Sequence record: SRR22947725_425
Length of the DNA: 59,443 nt
Reading direction: 5' to 3' (one strand)
In this document: positions 45,082 through 54,741 of the stretch, piece after piece
How the letters are laid out: every line of letters starts with the position of its first letter
Position numbering within the stretch: the stretch's first letter is position 1
The notes under the pieces: model-generated
The model's input: only the letters and a program-made list of their open reading frames with translations
Database searches by the model: none
What the model was told of the DNA's origin: nothing
Program-made: the position numbers and the translations under genes

Positions 45082-46740
45082 TTAAGCTTTGATGATTTTT
45101 TTATGTTCGGTATAAGTCCCATCTGCTAGCTGAACCACATATAGACCTGAAGTGAGTCCTTTCATATCAATGGTTGAATACCCGCGATTTAAATCCAGTT
45201 TACCTTTTTTAATAATCCGCTTACTAACATCAAAAATGTTGTAGTCTACCGCAGATTCGCTAGAAAGTGCATTTACAAAAAGTGTGTCATAAACAGGATT
45301 GGGATAAGCAGACCAAATAGTGTCTTGAGAGGGTTCTTCAAGACCTAATGCAATATAGCAAGAGGGATCTACATAATGTGATGGTTTAATTAACTCTTGC
45401 ACCTTACTTTCAACAAAACTTTGTTGATTGGTTTGGTCAAAAAAGGCATTGTCTACAACCGTGTCCGCTGCCCCTAAGAAGTCTTGCATCAATGTGGCAA
45501 AGATTTGCCGATAATCGTGCTGTACTGTCTTGATTTGCCAATTGTTATCACTGGAAGCCTCTGAAAGATCCACATTAGTACCCGAAACACCGCCTTGAAC
45601 TGCTTTACCAAATACAAACATTGGCGCTATTTCACCGTGATCTGTACCTAAATTTCCGTTTTGTTTGGCTTTACGTCCAAATTCAGAAAATGTAAGTCCA
45701 ATGACATCATCTCCTAATGAATCAGAGTTAATATCCTCCACAAAAGCATCAACTGCTCCGGCAAGCTCACTCAAAAGCGTAGAATGTTTTCCATTGATAT
45801 CGCCACTCGCTTGGTTTTGAATATTATGCGTGTCAAATCCGCCAATGGTAACCATATAAACTTTTGTTTCAATGCCACCACGCATCAAACGTGCAACGGT
45901 TTTTAATTGATCGGCCAAGTCCGTGTCAGGATAATTTGTAGCATCATTATGGTTTGAACCAGTGTTATATGAGTTTTCAATGGCATCTGCATAAATGTTA
46001 GCAAACTCATCAGTCTGGACAATGTATTGTAATTCAGTACCGTAGTGTGAATTTTGTGGGATATTTGACGGTGCTTGCCCAGCCAGCCCACTCAGTACGG
46101 TGTAGAAGTTTTCAGCATTTTGGCCTTCAATATTAAGTGCCATTCCATGCTCATGCTCAGCATGAAAGCCCAACCAAGTATTACTAGAACCCAATTGTAT
46201 GCCAACAGGGAAATTTGAAGGGAATAAATCCGAATAGGCTTCTTCCATAAAGCGGCCCATCCATCCACTAGCCTTTCCATTTTCCCAACTATTACCATCG
46301 TTTCCGGTTGCCCAAAGGTCAATGGATGCAAAGTGACTTTTGTTTTGAGAAGGATACCCTACTGATTGTAGTACGCGAAGCTGACCCGATTGGTACAACC
46401 CCTTAAATCCGGCATTGGTTCCTGTTAATAGCGCTGGATTAAAAACCAAATCCTGGTTCGTTCCCGATAGCGCATTATCAACAACTGTATTGCTGTAATT
46501 GGTGACAGGAATATGAATATCTGGACGCAATGTGTCTTTATAATATCCGTAGTTGTCGTAGGGAATTATTGTGTTAAGCCCATCGTTTCCACCCTTAAGT
46601 TCTATAAGGACAAGTTTTCGGTTAGACACATCACAATTGAGTGAGGTGTTGGCAAGTTTAAGTGCAGCACCAACCTCGGCGGGCATTAAGCCTAAAGCAG
46701 AAGCAGAAGCGGAAAGTTTTATAAATTGTCTTCTTTTCAT
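45082..46740 (-). CDS. DUF1501-family protein with Tat signal peptide and T9SS CTD
   Basis: MKRRQFIK twin-arginine; LKGGNDGLN, SHF, GGFDTH, FSEFGR, GTDHG; AYPNPV...LTSGLYVV CTD. Confidence 0.9.
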   Translation of the reverse strand: MKRRQFIKLSASASALGLMPAEVGAALKLANTSLNCDVSNRKLVLIELKGGNDGLNTIIPYDNYGYYKDTLRPDIHIPVTNYSNTVVDNALSGTNQDLVFNPALLTGTNAGFKGLYQSGQLRVLQSVGYPSQNKSHFASIDLWATGNDGNSWENGKASGWMGRFMEEAYSDLFPSNFPVGIQLGSSNTWLGFHAEHEHGMALNIEGQNAENFYTVLSGLAGQAPSNIPQNSHYGTELQYIVQTDEFANIYADAIENSYNTGSNHNDATNYPDTDLADQLKTVARLMRGGIETKVYMVTIGGFDTHNIQNQASGDINGKHSTLLSELAGAVDAFVEDINSDSLGDDVIGLTFSEFGRKAKQNGNLGTDHGEIAPMFVFGKAVQGGVSGTNVDLSEASSDNNWQIKTVQHDYRQIFATLMQDFLGAADTVVDNAFFDQTNQQSFVESKVQELIKPSHYVDPSCYIALGLEEPSQDTIWSAYPNPVYDTLFVNALSSESAVDYNIFDVSKRIIKKGKLDLNRGYSTIDMKGLTSGLYVVQLADGTYTEHKKIIKA

Positions 46741-46745
46741 AAGGC

Positions 46746-48533
46746 TTACATTAATTGAAATTCTGCAGCATTAAACATTTTACTTAACAGTTCATCAAGT
46801 CGTAGTTTTACCGCTGATTCATTGCCTTGGTTTGTATACTCATCCCACCTATTACTCCAGGTGTAATCTGGCTCCCCTTGGTGAATTAAAAATGTTTTAA
46901 AGTAATTTACGCGATCGGCATCTATGGCTTCACAATAAAAAAGTTCGGATAATTCTTGAACTATAGTTTCGGCTGAACTTGGGTTAGTAATTGAATTCAC
47001 AATGAAATTGGTGCTGTTAAAATCGGTCCAAATTCGGGTATAATACCAGCCACCACTATTGGTGTATTGAGGCCCTTGAATTTGATTATTCCCATTCCCT
47101 TTTCCGTCCGTATATGTTCCTCCAATAATAGAATGTATGGTGTTATATCGGGCAACAATATTATTAGAATTAAACCAAGCCTGATCGTATGCAGGTGCTT
47201 GATAATCTCCAGGATACCCAGCCACAGTTGAAGGGGCAAAAACATCCATACCGCTAAAAGAGAAAAATGTATTGTGACTGAAAGACCACCAAAAAAGGTA
47301 AAATCTAAAATTTTCATTTGACGTATCCCAACCACTTCCCTCAGCTGCTTGAGGGGTTTCCGGATTAGGAATCTGAACGTCTAATAATGTAATTAACTCG
47401 TTAAAATACTGCATTGGATTTTTAACAATTCCTCCAATGTTTTCATTTGTTGCATCGCTATCATCTAAATCAAAAAAGTGCTTTGATTTCAATAAGGTTT
47501 CTAAAACATCCAACAAGTTGTAATTGTTATCCTGTAGCTGCTGCGCTAACGGAGTAATAATCGCATCTTCCACATCTTGTCCCCATTCACTACGGACATA
47601 CATACGGTACATTTTACGAACATAATTCTTTGCAGTTTCCAGTTTATCAAAAACCATATCTACAAAGGCATCTAATTCTGAATGAATCGCTGAGGTATTA
47701 CTCCCCCCTGTAATGGTTTGATTAGAAAATGCGGCGCTAAACGTTTTGTCTGATACATCATGCTTACTCACATTGATATAACCTGTAGGGATCCCTGCAG
47801 GGTAATGCGGTAATTTGACAGTATCCGAATCTAAATTATCGCGATTTGCGACAAACTTAACTCCTGAAAAAACCCGTGCTGCTTGCACCACATCATGTTC
47901 TGTGTAATTCGTGTAATCTCCATCAGCAATTTGTGGTCCTTTTCCAATTGTGAAAAGCTCTAAAAACTCTCTCGCATAATTTTCATTGGGACTATTCTTA
48001 TTGTTGTCGCCATTATCCAAATAATAAAGCATGGAATTATCAAACGTAATTTTACGCGCCAAATCCTTTACACTCTTATCGGAATAAAATTGAAGTAAAT
48101 TTAGATAATCAAAAAAATGGGCAGATTTTCCAGCCCCATCATCTTTAGAAACGGTAAAAGTTGTAAATAGAAACCATGTAAGCTTATCGATTAAAGTATT
48201 CTGCTTTATGGCATTGTACCACCACCATCCTGCTACCATACTGCGCTTGGGGGTTTGTCTACACGTGTAAGTACTATTTGTCCAATTGGGTGAGTTTATC
48301 CAATACCCATCTTGAATTCCCGCACAATTGGAATTTGCGCCATTTGTTACAGGATCGTTAGGCCATTGCCAACTGTATGTTTTAGATACGGAAAGAAGCG
48401 CTAATATTTCAGTCGCAGTTTTACCTGTCATCTGATCCAATTGGGCCTTTGAATAGTGAAAACAAGCCCTTCGTAGCAAATGCTTTGTAAGACGCTTATC
48501 TAAGGGCTGATTATGTGCTTCTATTGATGGCAT
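46746..48533 (-). CDS. DUF1800-family protein
   Basis: HLLRRACF, MLYYLDN, PNENYAREFLELFTIG, YTEHDV..AARVFSG, C-terminal EFQLM; adjacent to DUF1501. Confidence 0.9.
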   Translation of the reverse strand: MPSIEAHNQPLDKRLTKHLLRRACFHYSKAQLDQMTGKTATEILALLSVSKTYSWQWPNDPVTNGANSNCAGIQDGYWINSPNWTNSTYTCRQTPKRSMVAGWWWYNAIKQNTLIDKLTWFLFTTFTVSKDDGAGKSAHFFDYLNLLQFYSDKSVKDLARKITFDNSMLYYLDNGDNNKNSPNENYAREFLELFTIGKGPQIADGDYTNYTEHDVVQAARVFSGVKFVANRDNLDSDTVKLPHYPAGIPTGYINVSKHDVSDKTFSAAFSNQTITGGSNTSAIHSELDAFVDMVFDKLETAKNYVRKMYRMYVRSEWGQDVEDAIITPLAQQLQDNNYNLLDVLETLLKSKHFFDLDDSDATNENIGGIVKNPMQYFNELITLLDVQIPNPETPQAAEGSGWDTSNENFRFYLFWWSFSHNTFFSFSGMDVFAPSTVAGYPGDYQAPAYDQAWFNSNNIVARYNTIHSIIGGTYTDGKGNGNNQIQGPQYTNSGGWYYTRIWTDFNSTNFIVNSITNPSSAETIVQELSELFYCEAIDADRVNYFKTFLIHQGEPDYTWSNRWDEYTNQGNESAVKLRLDELLSKMFNAAEFQLM

Positions 48534-48972
48534 AATATATAAATATATTCAAATTTTTTATAATAAACTATTTACTATATAAAATAATTTATCACTTAAA
48601 ATTAGACCCTAAAAAACTTAAATAGTTTTAACTCCATTTATTGCTCGCATTTAATGAACTGTTCTGATATGGGCAAAAAAAAAATAACCGTTGTGTTCAT
48701 ATTAATTGAATATTCGATCGATAAATATTAAGGTAATATGCATAACAAAAACGAACATAACTATATGTTACGTAAACTAGACTATCTCTAGATTCGATAA
48801 TCAATTAAATTGATGAATTGTATTTCAAAAAACGATTCAAATAAATGTACAAGTACAGCAAAAAATACAGGGAGGAAAACCATATATTTAGGCTTTTGAA
48901 AATTTAAGCTGAAAAACTAAAATCAGTATCTCTCAGTAAGTTGAATTGAACAATTAACTATTTAAATCATTC

Positions 48973-50127
48973 GTGAAACTAGATTTTACAACCCGTTATT
49001 TTAAGTTTGCAACAGTATTTGCATCACTACTTTGGTTATCCGCTTGTAGTTTTAAGAAAAAACCAACCGTTAAAACCGCTGTAATTTCTACCGCAATGGA
49101 ATACAAAAAAATGGAACATTTTACTCTTGAGAATTCAACTGGAATTGCTATCGAAATTCTCAATCTTGGAGGCATCATACAATCCATAAAAACACCTGAT
49201 AAAAATGGTGTTTTGAAAGACATTGCATTGGGCTTTTCTGATCCGAAAAAATATGGCGATGAACATCCGTTCTTTGGAGCAATCGTTGGTCGATTTGCGA
49301 ATAGAATTGCTAAGGGAACTTTTTCATTAGAGGGCACCACCTACAGACTGGCAACCAACAATGGACCCAATCACTTGCATGGAGGGGATAAAGGATTTGA
49401 TAAAGTTTTTTGGTCAGCCTCACCGTTTTCGGATGATAATTCCTCAGGGGTTACGCTAGGCTATTTGTCCAAAGATATGGATGAAGGTTATCCTGGAAAT
49501 TTATCGGTATTGGTAACCTACACACTTACCGAAGACAATATTTTAAAAGTAAAGTATGAAGCACATACCGATAAAACAACCGTGTTAAATTTAACTCAAC
49601 ACAGTTATTTTAACCTTTCTGGAGATTTTTCAAAGCAGATTTTAGACCATCAACTGCAACTCAATGCAGATCAGTTTCTTCAAACGGACGCCAATCAAAT
49701 TCCAAATGGAACTTACCAAGACGTTGCAAACTCTCCTTTTGATTTTAGAACACCCAAAACAATTGGACAGGATATAGCTGCCGAAAATGAACACCTGAAA
49801 ATTGGCAAAGGATACGATCACTGCTGGGTAATAAATAAACAGGAAGCGGCTATGGTAAAAACGGCAACCGTGTACCACCCAAAAAGCGGGCGTGTCATGG
49901 AAGTGTTTACTGATCAACCTGGAGTACAATTGTATACAGGGAACTTTTTAGACAATACATTGCCTTCAAAGACAGGGGGAACCTACGGTCCGCAAAGTGG
50001 CTTTTGTTTAGAAACTCAACATTTTCCAGATGCACCTAATCAGTCAAGTTTCCCATCTACCGTTTTAAATCCTGGGGAAACATTTACAAGTGAAACTTGG
50101 TTTAAATTTTCCGTAAACAACAATTAA
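48973..50127 (+). CDS. galM: Aldose 1-epimerase (mutarotase), lipoprotein-type signal
   Basis: GRFANRI, HLHGG, GYPG, NLTQHSYFNL, GYDH, LYTGNF, CLETQHFPD; LSAC. Confidence 0.95.
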   Translation: MKLDFTTRYFKFATVFASLLWLSACSFKKKPTVKTAVISTAMEYKKMEHFTLENSTGIAIEILNLGGIIQSIKTPDKNGVLKDIALGFSDPKKYGDEHPFFGAIVGRFANRIAKGTFSLEGTTYRLATNNGPNHLHGGDKGFDKVFWSASPFSDDNSSGVTLGYLSKDMDEGYPGNLSVLVTYTLTEDNILKVKYEAHTDKTTVLNLTQHSYFNLSGDFSKQILDHQLQLNADQFLQTDANQIPNGTYQDVANSPFDFRTPKTIGQDIAAENEHLKIGKGYDHCWVINKQEAAMVKTATVYHPKSGRVMEVFTDQPGVQLYTGNFLDNTLPSKTGGTYGPQSGFCLETQHFPDAPNQSSFPSTVLNPGETFTSETWFKFSVNNN

Positions 50128-50146
50128 AAAACTTAAATCCCCAAAA

Positions 50147-51265
50147 ATGAATCCTGAAATTATTGTAAAATCACCCGGACGAATAAACCTAATTGGAGAG
50201 CACATTGACTACAATGGTGGTCATGTACTTCCGGCAGCCATAGATCGAAAAGTAACACTAATGCTTCGTAAAAACTCAACGGCTGTCTGTCATATCAAAT
50301 CTGAAGATGGAGGTGCTTTTTCTTTTGATATAGACAAACCCCTGCAAATAAGTAAAACACATTGGGAAAACTATGTGCTAGGCGTGGTAGACGGAGTTTT
50401 GAAGGCACGGTCGGGACAACTAAGTGGATTTGAATGCGATATTTCAAGTGATTTGCCCATAGGCGCAGGAATTAGTTCATCAGCAGCCCTTGAATGTGGG
50501 TTAGCCAAGGGACTGAATGCTTTATTTGATTTAAACCTTGATGCTTTAGAACTCATTGAAATTTCTCGCATGGCTGAACACAATTTTGTTGGTACAAAAT
50601 GTGGTGTGATGGATCAATTTGCCGTTACCATGGGTAAGCGCAATAAACTAATCCTTTTAAATTGCGAAAGTTTAAATTACTCTCTCATTGATGCTGATTT
50701 TTCTCCTTTCAAAATTGTATTATTAAACACCAATGTATCGCACAACCTAGCCTCTAGCGAATACAATACACGTAGAGAAGAATGTGAAAAAGGATTGTCA
50801 GTAATTCAGGAAAACCATCCACAGTATGCGTTTCTTGCAGAAGTTCCTGAAAACATAATTGAGTCTATTAAAGATAGTGTTTCAGAAAAAGTTTATCATA
50901 GAGCCCTGTTTGTTTCCAGAGAAAACACACGTACGCTTAAAGCTGCTGAACTCATTCAAGAAGGAAACATCCAAGAATTTGGAGCACTCATGTATCAAAC
51001 CCATGAGGGTTTGTCCAAAAACTACGAAGTGAGTTGTCCCGAACTTGATTTTTTAGTTGAACGAAGCAAAGAATTCCCTCAAGTAGTAGGTAGTCGTATG
51101 ATGGGTGGTGGCTTTGGTGGTTGCACCATAAACCTAGTACACGAAAATTTTGTGGACGAATTTATAGTACTGGCGACTAACGCGTATAAAAAGAAGTTTA
51201 ATGTCGATCTAACTTCTATATTAGTGGCAACATCAAATGGCGTTGAAATAACAAGACCTGCCTAA
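50147..51265 (+). CDS. galK: Galactokinase
   Basis: PGRINLIGEHIDYNGG, GAGISSSAA, CGVMDQ, SRMMGGGFGGC. Confidence 0.97.
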   Translation: MNPEIIVKSPGRINLIGEHIDYNGGHVLPAAIDRKVTLMLRKNSTAVCHIKSEDGGAFSFDIDKPLQISKTHWENYVLGVVDGVLKARSGQLSGFECDISSDLPIGAGISSSAALECGLAKGLNALFDLNLDALELIEISRMAEHNFVGTKCGVMDQFAVTMGKRNKLILLNCESLNYSLIDADFSPFKIVLLNTNVSHNLASSEYNTRREECEKGLSVIQENHPQYAFLAEVPENIIESIKDSVSEKVYHRALFVSRENTRTLKAAELIQEGNIQEFGALMYQTHEGLSKNYEVSCPELDFLVERSKEFPQVVGSRMMGGGFGGCTINLVHENFVDEFIVLATNAYKKKFNVDLTSILVATSNGVEITRPA

Positions 51266-52297
51266 ATGGATTTTAACAATACTCCACATAGACGAAAAAA
51301 CATACTAACCGGTGAATGGGTGTTGGTTTCCCCACAACGCACCAAACGTCCATGGCAAGGAAAAAAAGATACACCACAACAACTAGAGCAAATCGCCTAC
51401 GATCCAAATTGTTATTTGTGTCCGGGAAATGAACGGGCTGGTGGGGCCAAAAATGCAAACTATTCTGGGACTTATAGTTTTAAAAATGACTTTGCTGCAC
51501 TATTAGAAAGTGAAGATGAAAAAATTAAAGATGGTCTTTTTGAGGCTGAAAGCGAGTCTGGCTTGTGTAAGGTAATTTGCTACTCGCCCAACCACGGACT
51601 TACTCTTCCGCTTATGGAAGTTAATACCATTATAGATGTGATTACCCTTTGGCAGAAAGAATACAATGTATTAGGCGAGAATCCCAACATCAATCACGTA
51701 CAAATTTTTGAGAATAAAGGGGCTATTATGGGCTGTTCAAACCCACACCCGCATGGTCAAATTTGGGCACAGCGTGCCATCCCACAAGAAGTTCAAAAAA
51801 AAGTTGTAAAACAGAAAACGTATTGGGACAACAATAACACTAGTTTGTTGGGAGATTATTTAAGCCAAGAACTTGAAGCAAAGGAACGTATCGTTTTAGA
51901 AAACGAATCGTTTGTAGCGCTTGTGCCCTACTGGGCGGTATGGCCTTTTGAAACCATGATAGTTCCAAAAAGACACCTTACATCAATTTCATCTTTAACG
52001 CCTCAAGAAGTCAACGATTACGCGGCAATTCTAAAAGCGCTCACTATTCGTTACGACAACTTATTTGAAACCTCTTTTCCGTATTCTGCGGGTATCCATC
52101 AAGCACCAACAGACGGTTTAGATAACAGCCATTGGCATATGCACATGTCGTTTTATCCTCCATTGTTACGCTCTGCCGAAGTCAAAAAATTTATGGTGGG
52201 CTATGAAATGTTTGCCAATCCGCAACGCGACATAACGGCTGAGCAAGCTGCACAACGCCTTAGAGATTGTTCAAGTACGCATTACACAAAAAATTAA
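51266..52297 (+). CDS. galT: Galactose-1-phosphate uridylyltransferase
   Basis: HRRKN, RPWQG, CYLCPGN, GCSNPHPHGQ. Confidence 0.97.
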   Translation: MDFNNTPHRRKNILTGEWVLVSPQRTKRPWQGKKDTPQQLEQIAYDPNCYLCPGNERAGGAKNANYSGTYSFKNDFAALLESEDEKIKDGLFEAESESGLCKVICYSPNHGLTLPLMEVNTIIDVITLWQKEYNVLGENPNINHVQIFENKGAIMGCSNPHPHGQIWAQRAIPQEVQKKVVKQKTYWDNNNTSLLGDYLSQELEAKERIVLENESFVALVPYWAVWPFETMIVPKRHLTSISSLTPQEVNDYAAILKALTIRYDNLFETSFPYSAGIHQAPTDGLDNSHWHMHMSFYPPLLRSAEVKKFMVGYEMFANPQRDITAEQAAQRLRDCSSTHYTKN

Positions 52298-52324
52298 ATA
52301 TATTTATAAACCAAAACAAACCAC

Positions 52325-54013
52325 ATGGATTTTTCAACAATAGACATTGTAATATTTGCCCTTTATGCTGTTCTTATTTTATCGATTGGACTTTATGTTT
52401 CCCGTCAAAAAAAGGGAGAGACAAAAAGTGCTGAAGATTATTTTTTGGCAGGAAAATCCTTGCCATGGTGGGCAATTGGTGCTTCGCTAATTGCTGCAAA
52501 CATATCTGCTGAACAATTTATAGGTATGTCTGGATCAGGCTTTGCACTTGGGCTGGCGATTGCATCCTATGAGTGGATGGCTGCCATTACACTGTTAGTT
52601 GTAGGGAAGTATTTCTTACCCATTTTTATCGAAAAAGGGCTGTATACAATCCCCGAGTTTATCGAAAAACGATACAGCACAAATTTAAAAACAATCTTAG
52701 CAGTATTCTGGATTGCGTTGTTTGTCTTTGTAAACCTTACTACCGTCTTATTTTTAGGTGGTAAAGCATTGGATACCATTATTGGTTCTGGAGATGGAGG
52801 CATACTCTTAAACAGTATTATTGGTCTTGGCTTGTTTGCAGCAGCCTATTCCCTATGGGGTGGATTAGCAGCTGTCGCTTGGACTGATGTTGTACAAGTT
52901 GTAATTCTGATTATTGGTGGTTTATTGATGGCATATTTTGCGCTAGCAAATGTGACCGATTCTGGAAGCTTTCTAGATGGACTTAGTTATGTTTATGAAA
53001 AAGCACCTGAACGATTTTCTATGATACTTTCTAAAGGAGAAATCATAACTCCCAACGGACGAGATGCCTGGTGGGACTTGCCTGGATTAGCCGTAATTAT
53101 TGGTGGAATGTGGGTTGCCAACTTATACTATTGGGGCTTTAATCAGTACATCATCCAGCGAACTTTGGCTGCCAAAAGCCTTAGAGAAGGACAAAAAGGA
53201 ATTGTGTTTGCTGCTTTTTTAAAGCTCATCATTCCTATTATAGTGGTATTGCCGGGAATCATTGCCTACGTAATGAATCTTGATCCTGAAACAGGAAGTC
53301 TAAATATGGAACTTCTTGGCAGTGAAGGATTTTTGGGTACTTCCGGAAATGTGGCTAATGATAACGCTGCTCCATGGCTGATTAAAAACTTTATCCCTGT
53401 CGGGCTTAAAGGACTAATTTTAGCTGCACTTGCAGCTGCTATTGTGTCCTCTTTAGCATCGATGTTAAATTCTACCTCAACCATTTTCACCATGGACATC
53501 TACAAGTCGATGTTCAATAAAAATGCTGATGATAAACAAATGGTAAAAGTAGGAAGACTAACAGGCTTGGTTGCGTTAATTATTGCCATGGTTATTGCGC
53601 CGCAACTTGGAAGTCTCGGACAGGTATTTCAATTTATTCAAGAATACACCGGTGTAGTAAGCCCCGGTATTTTAGCGGTTTTCCTAATGGGGTTATTCTA
53701 CAAAAAAGCAACCAATAACGCAGCCATTTGGGGCGTAATTTTATCGATTCCTTTAGCGATGTATTTTAAGGTTGCACCAAACGGATGGAGTGATATGGCC
53801 CTATTTGTAAATCTTCCGTTTATGCATCAAATGATGCTAACCTGTGTAGGTACTCTTGCAATAATTGCAGGTATCAGCAAGCTAGAAGGAAATCAAGACG
53901 ATCCAAAAGGGATTGTGCTAAGCAAAAAACTATTTGCTACAGACAAAACCTTTAATGTAGCAGCGTTTGCAGTATTGCTTATCACTGCGCTATTGTATGC
54001 CTTATTCTGGTAA
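52325..54013 (+). CDS. Sodium/sugar symporter (SSS family, SglT-like)
   Basis: YFLAG, ANISAEQFIGMSG, WTDVVQ, YWGFNQYIIQRTL; many TM helices. Confidence 0.95.
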   Translation: MDFSTIDIVIFALYAVLILSIGLYVSRQKKGETKSAEDYFLAGKSLPWWAIGASLIAANISAEQFIGMSGSGFALGLAIASYEWMAAITLLVVGKYFLPIFIEKGLYTIPEFIEKRYSTNLKTILAVFWIALFVFVNLTTVLFLGGKALDTIIGSGDGGILLNSIIGLGLFAAAYSLWGGLAAVAWTDVVQVVILIIGGLLMAYFALANVTDSGSFLDGLSYVYEKAPERFSMILSKGEIITPNGRDAWWDLPGLAVIIGGMWVANLYYWGFNQYIIQRTLAAKSLREGQKGIVFAAFLKLIIPIIVVLPGIIAYVMNLDPETGSLNMELLGSEGFLGTSGNVANDNAAPWLIKNFIPVGLKGLILAALAAAIVSSLASMLNSTSTIFTMDIYKSMFNKNADDKQMVKVGRLTGLVALIIAMVIAPQLGSLGQVFQFIQEYTGVVSPGILAVFLMGLFYKKATNNAAIWGVILSIPLAMYFKVAPNGWSDMALFVNLPFMHQMMLTCVGTLAIIAGISKLEGNQDDPKGIVLSKKLFATDKTFNVAAFAVLLITALLYALFW

Positions 54014-54048
54014 GCATATGGTTGTTGCTATAGATAATACTAAAAAAG

Positions 54049-54089
54049 GAAGTTTAAAAAAAGCGCCAAAAGGCGCTTTTTTAAACTTC
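54049..54089. terminator. Bidirectional terminator between convergent genes
   Basis: GAAGTTTAAAAAAAGCGCC-AAAA-GGCGCTTTTTTAAACTTC. Confidence 0.9.
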
Positions 54090-54104
54090 AATAAATAACC
54101 TTGC

Positions 54105-54734
54105 TTAAACCCAGTGTACCGCGCCGCTAGCAAGTTGGTAAACACCTCCCTTAATAGCAATACTTCCTTCAGATTCTAATGCTGAAAGTATAGGGCTCAT
54201 GCTCCGAATTTGATCAATCGTATGATTTACATTTTCAATTATGGTGGCATTAACAAAAGCAGAATTACCGCTGTCATGTGGTCCAGCAATGCTGGTTTTA
54301 ACAGTATCAACTGCAGGTTGGATGTTAGAAAGTAATGCGGTGATATTTCCGAGTTTGACCCCGTCACAAGCTGCTTTGACAGCGCCACAACCTTCGTGAC
54401 CCAAAACAACAATAACTTTACTACCCGCAACTTTACAGGCATATTCCATACTGGCCACAATGTCTGTGTTTGCAAAATTTCCAGCAACACGCGCAACAAA
54501 AATATCGCCTAATGCTTGGTCAAATACTTCTTCTACAACAACACGTGAGTCGATGCATGAAAGAACAATTGCCTGAGGCGCTTGGCCAGAAACACAGGCA
54601 GCACGCAAACTACTGTTGTCGGATGCTGTGAGGCTGTCACTTGTATAGTTTGCATTCCCTTGTTTTAAGTTTTCAAGCACCGTATCAGGAGTTAATTGCG
54701 ATTGTGCTTCTTGAGTTAATAGTTCGTTTCTCAT
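54105..54734 (-). CDS. Beta-class carbonic anhydrase
   Basis: SCIDSR, RVAGN, GHEGCGA zinc ligands; the ATG at 54734 avoids overlap with the SulP gene. Confidence 0.95.
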   Translation of the reverse strand: MRNELLTQEAQSQLTPDTVLENLKQGNANYTSDSLTASDNSSLRAACVSGQAPQAIVLSCIDSRVVVEEVFDQALGDIFVARVAGNFANTDIVASMEYACKVAGSKVIVVLGHEGCGAVKAACDGVKLGNITALLSNIQPAVDTVKTSIAGPHDSGNSAFVNATIIENVNHTIDQIRSMSPILSALESEGSIAIKGGVYQLASGAVHWV

Positions 54735-54741
54735 TATTATA

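Noticed and set aside
48754-48769. AACATA-ACTA-TATGTT palindrome upstream of galM
   Set aside because: Single short AT-rich palindrome with no second copy or cognate regulator nearby
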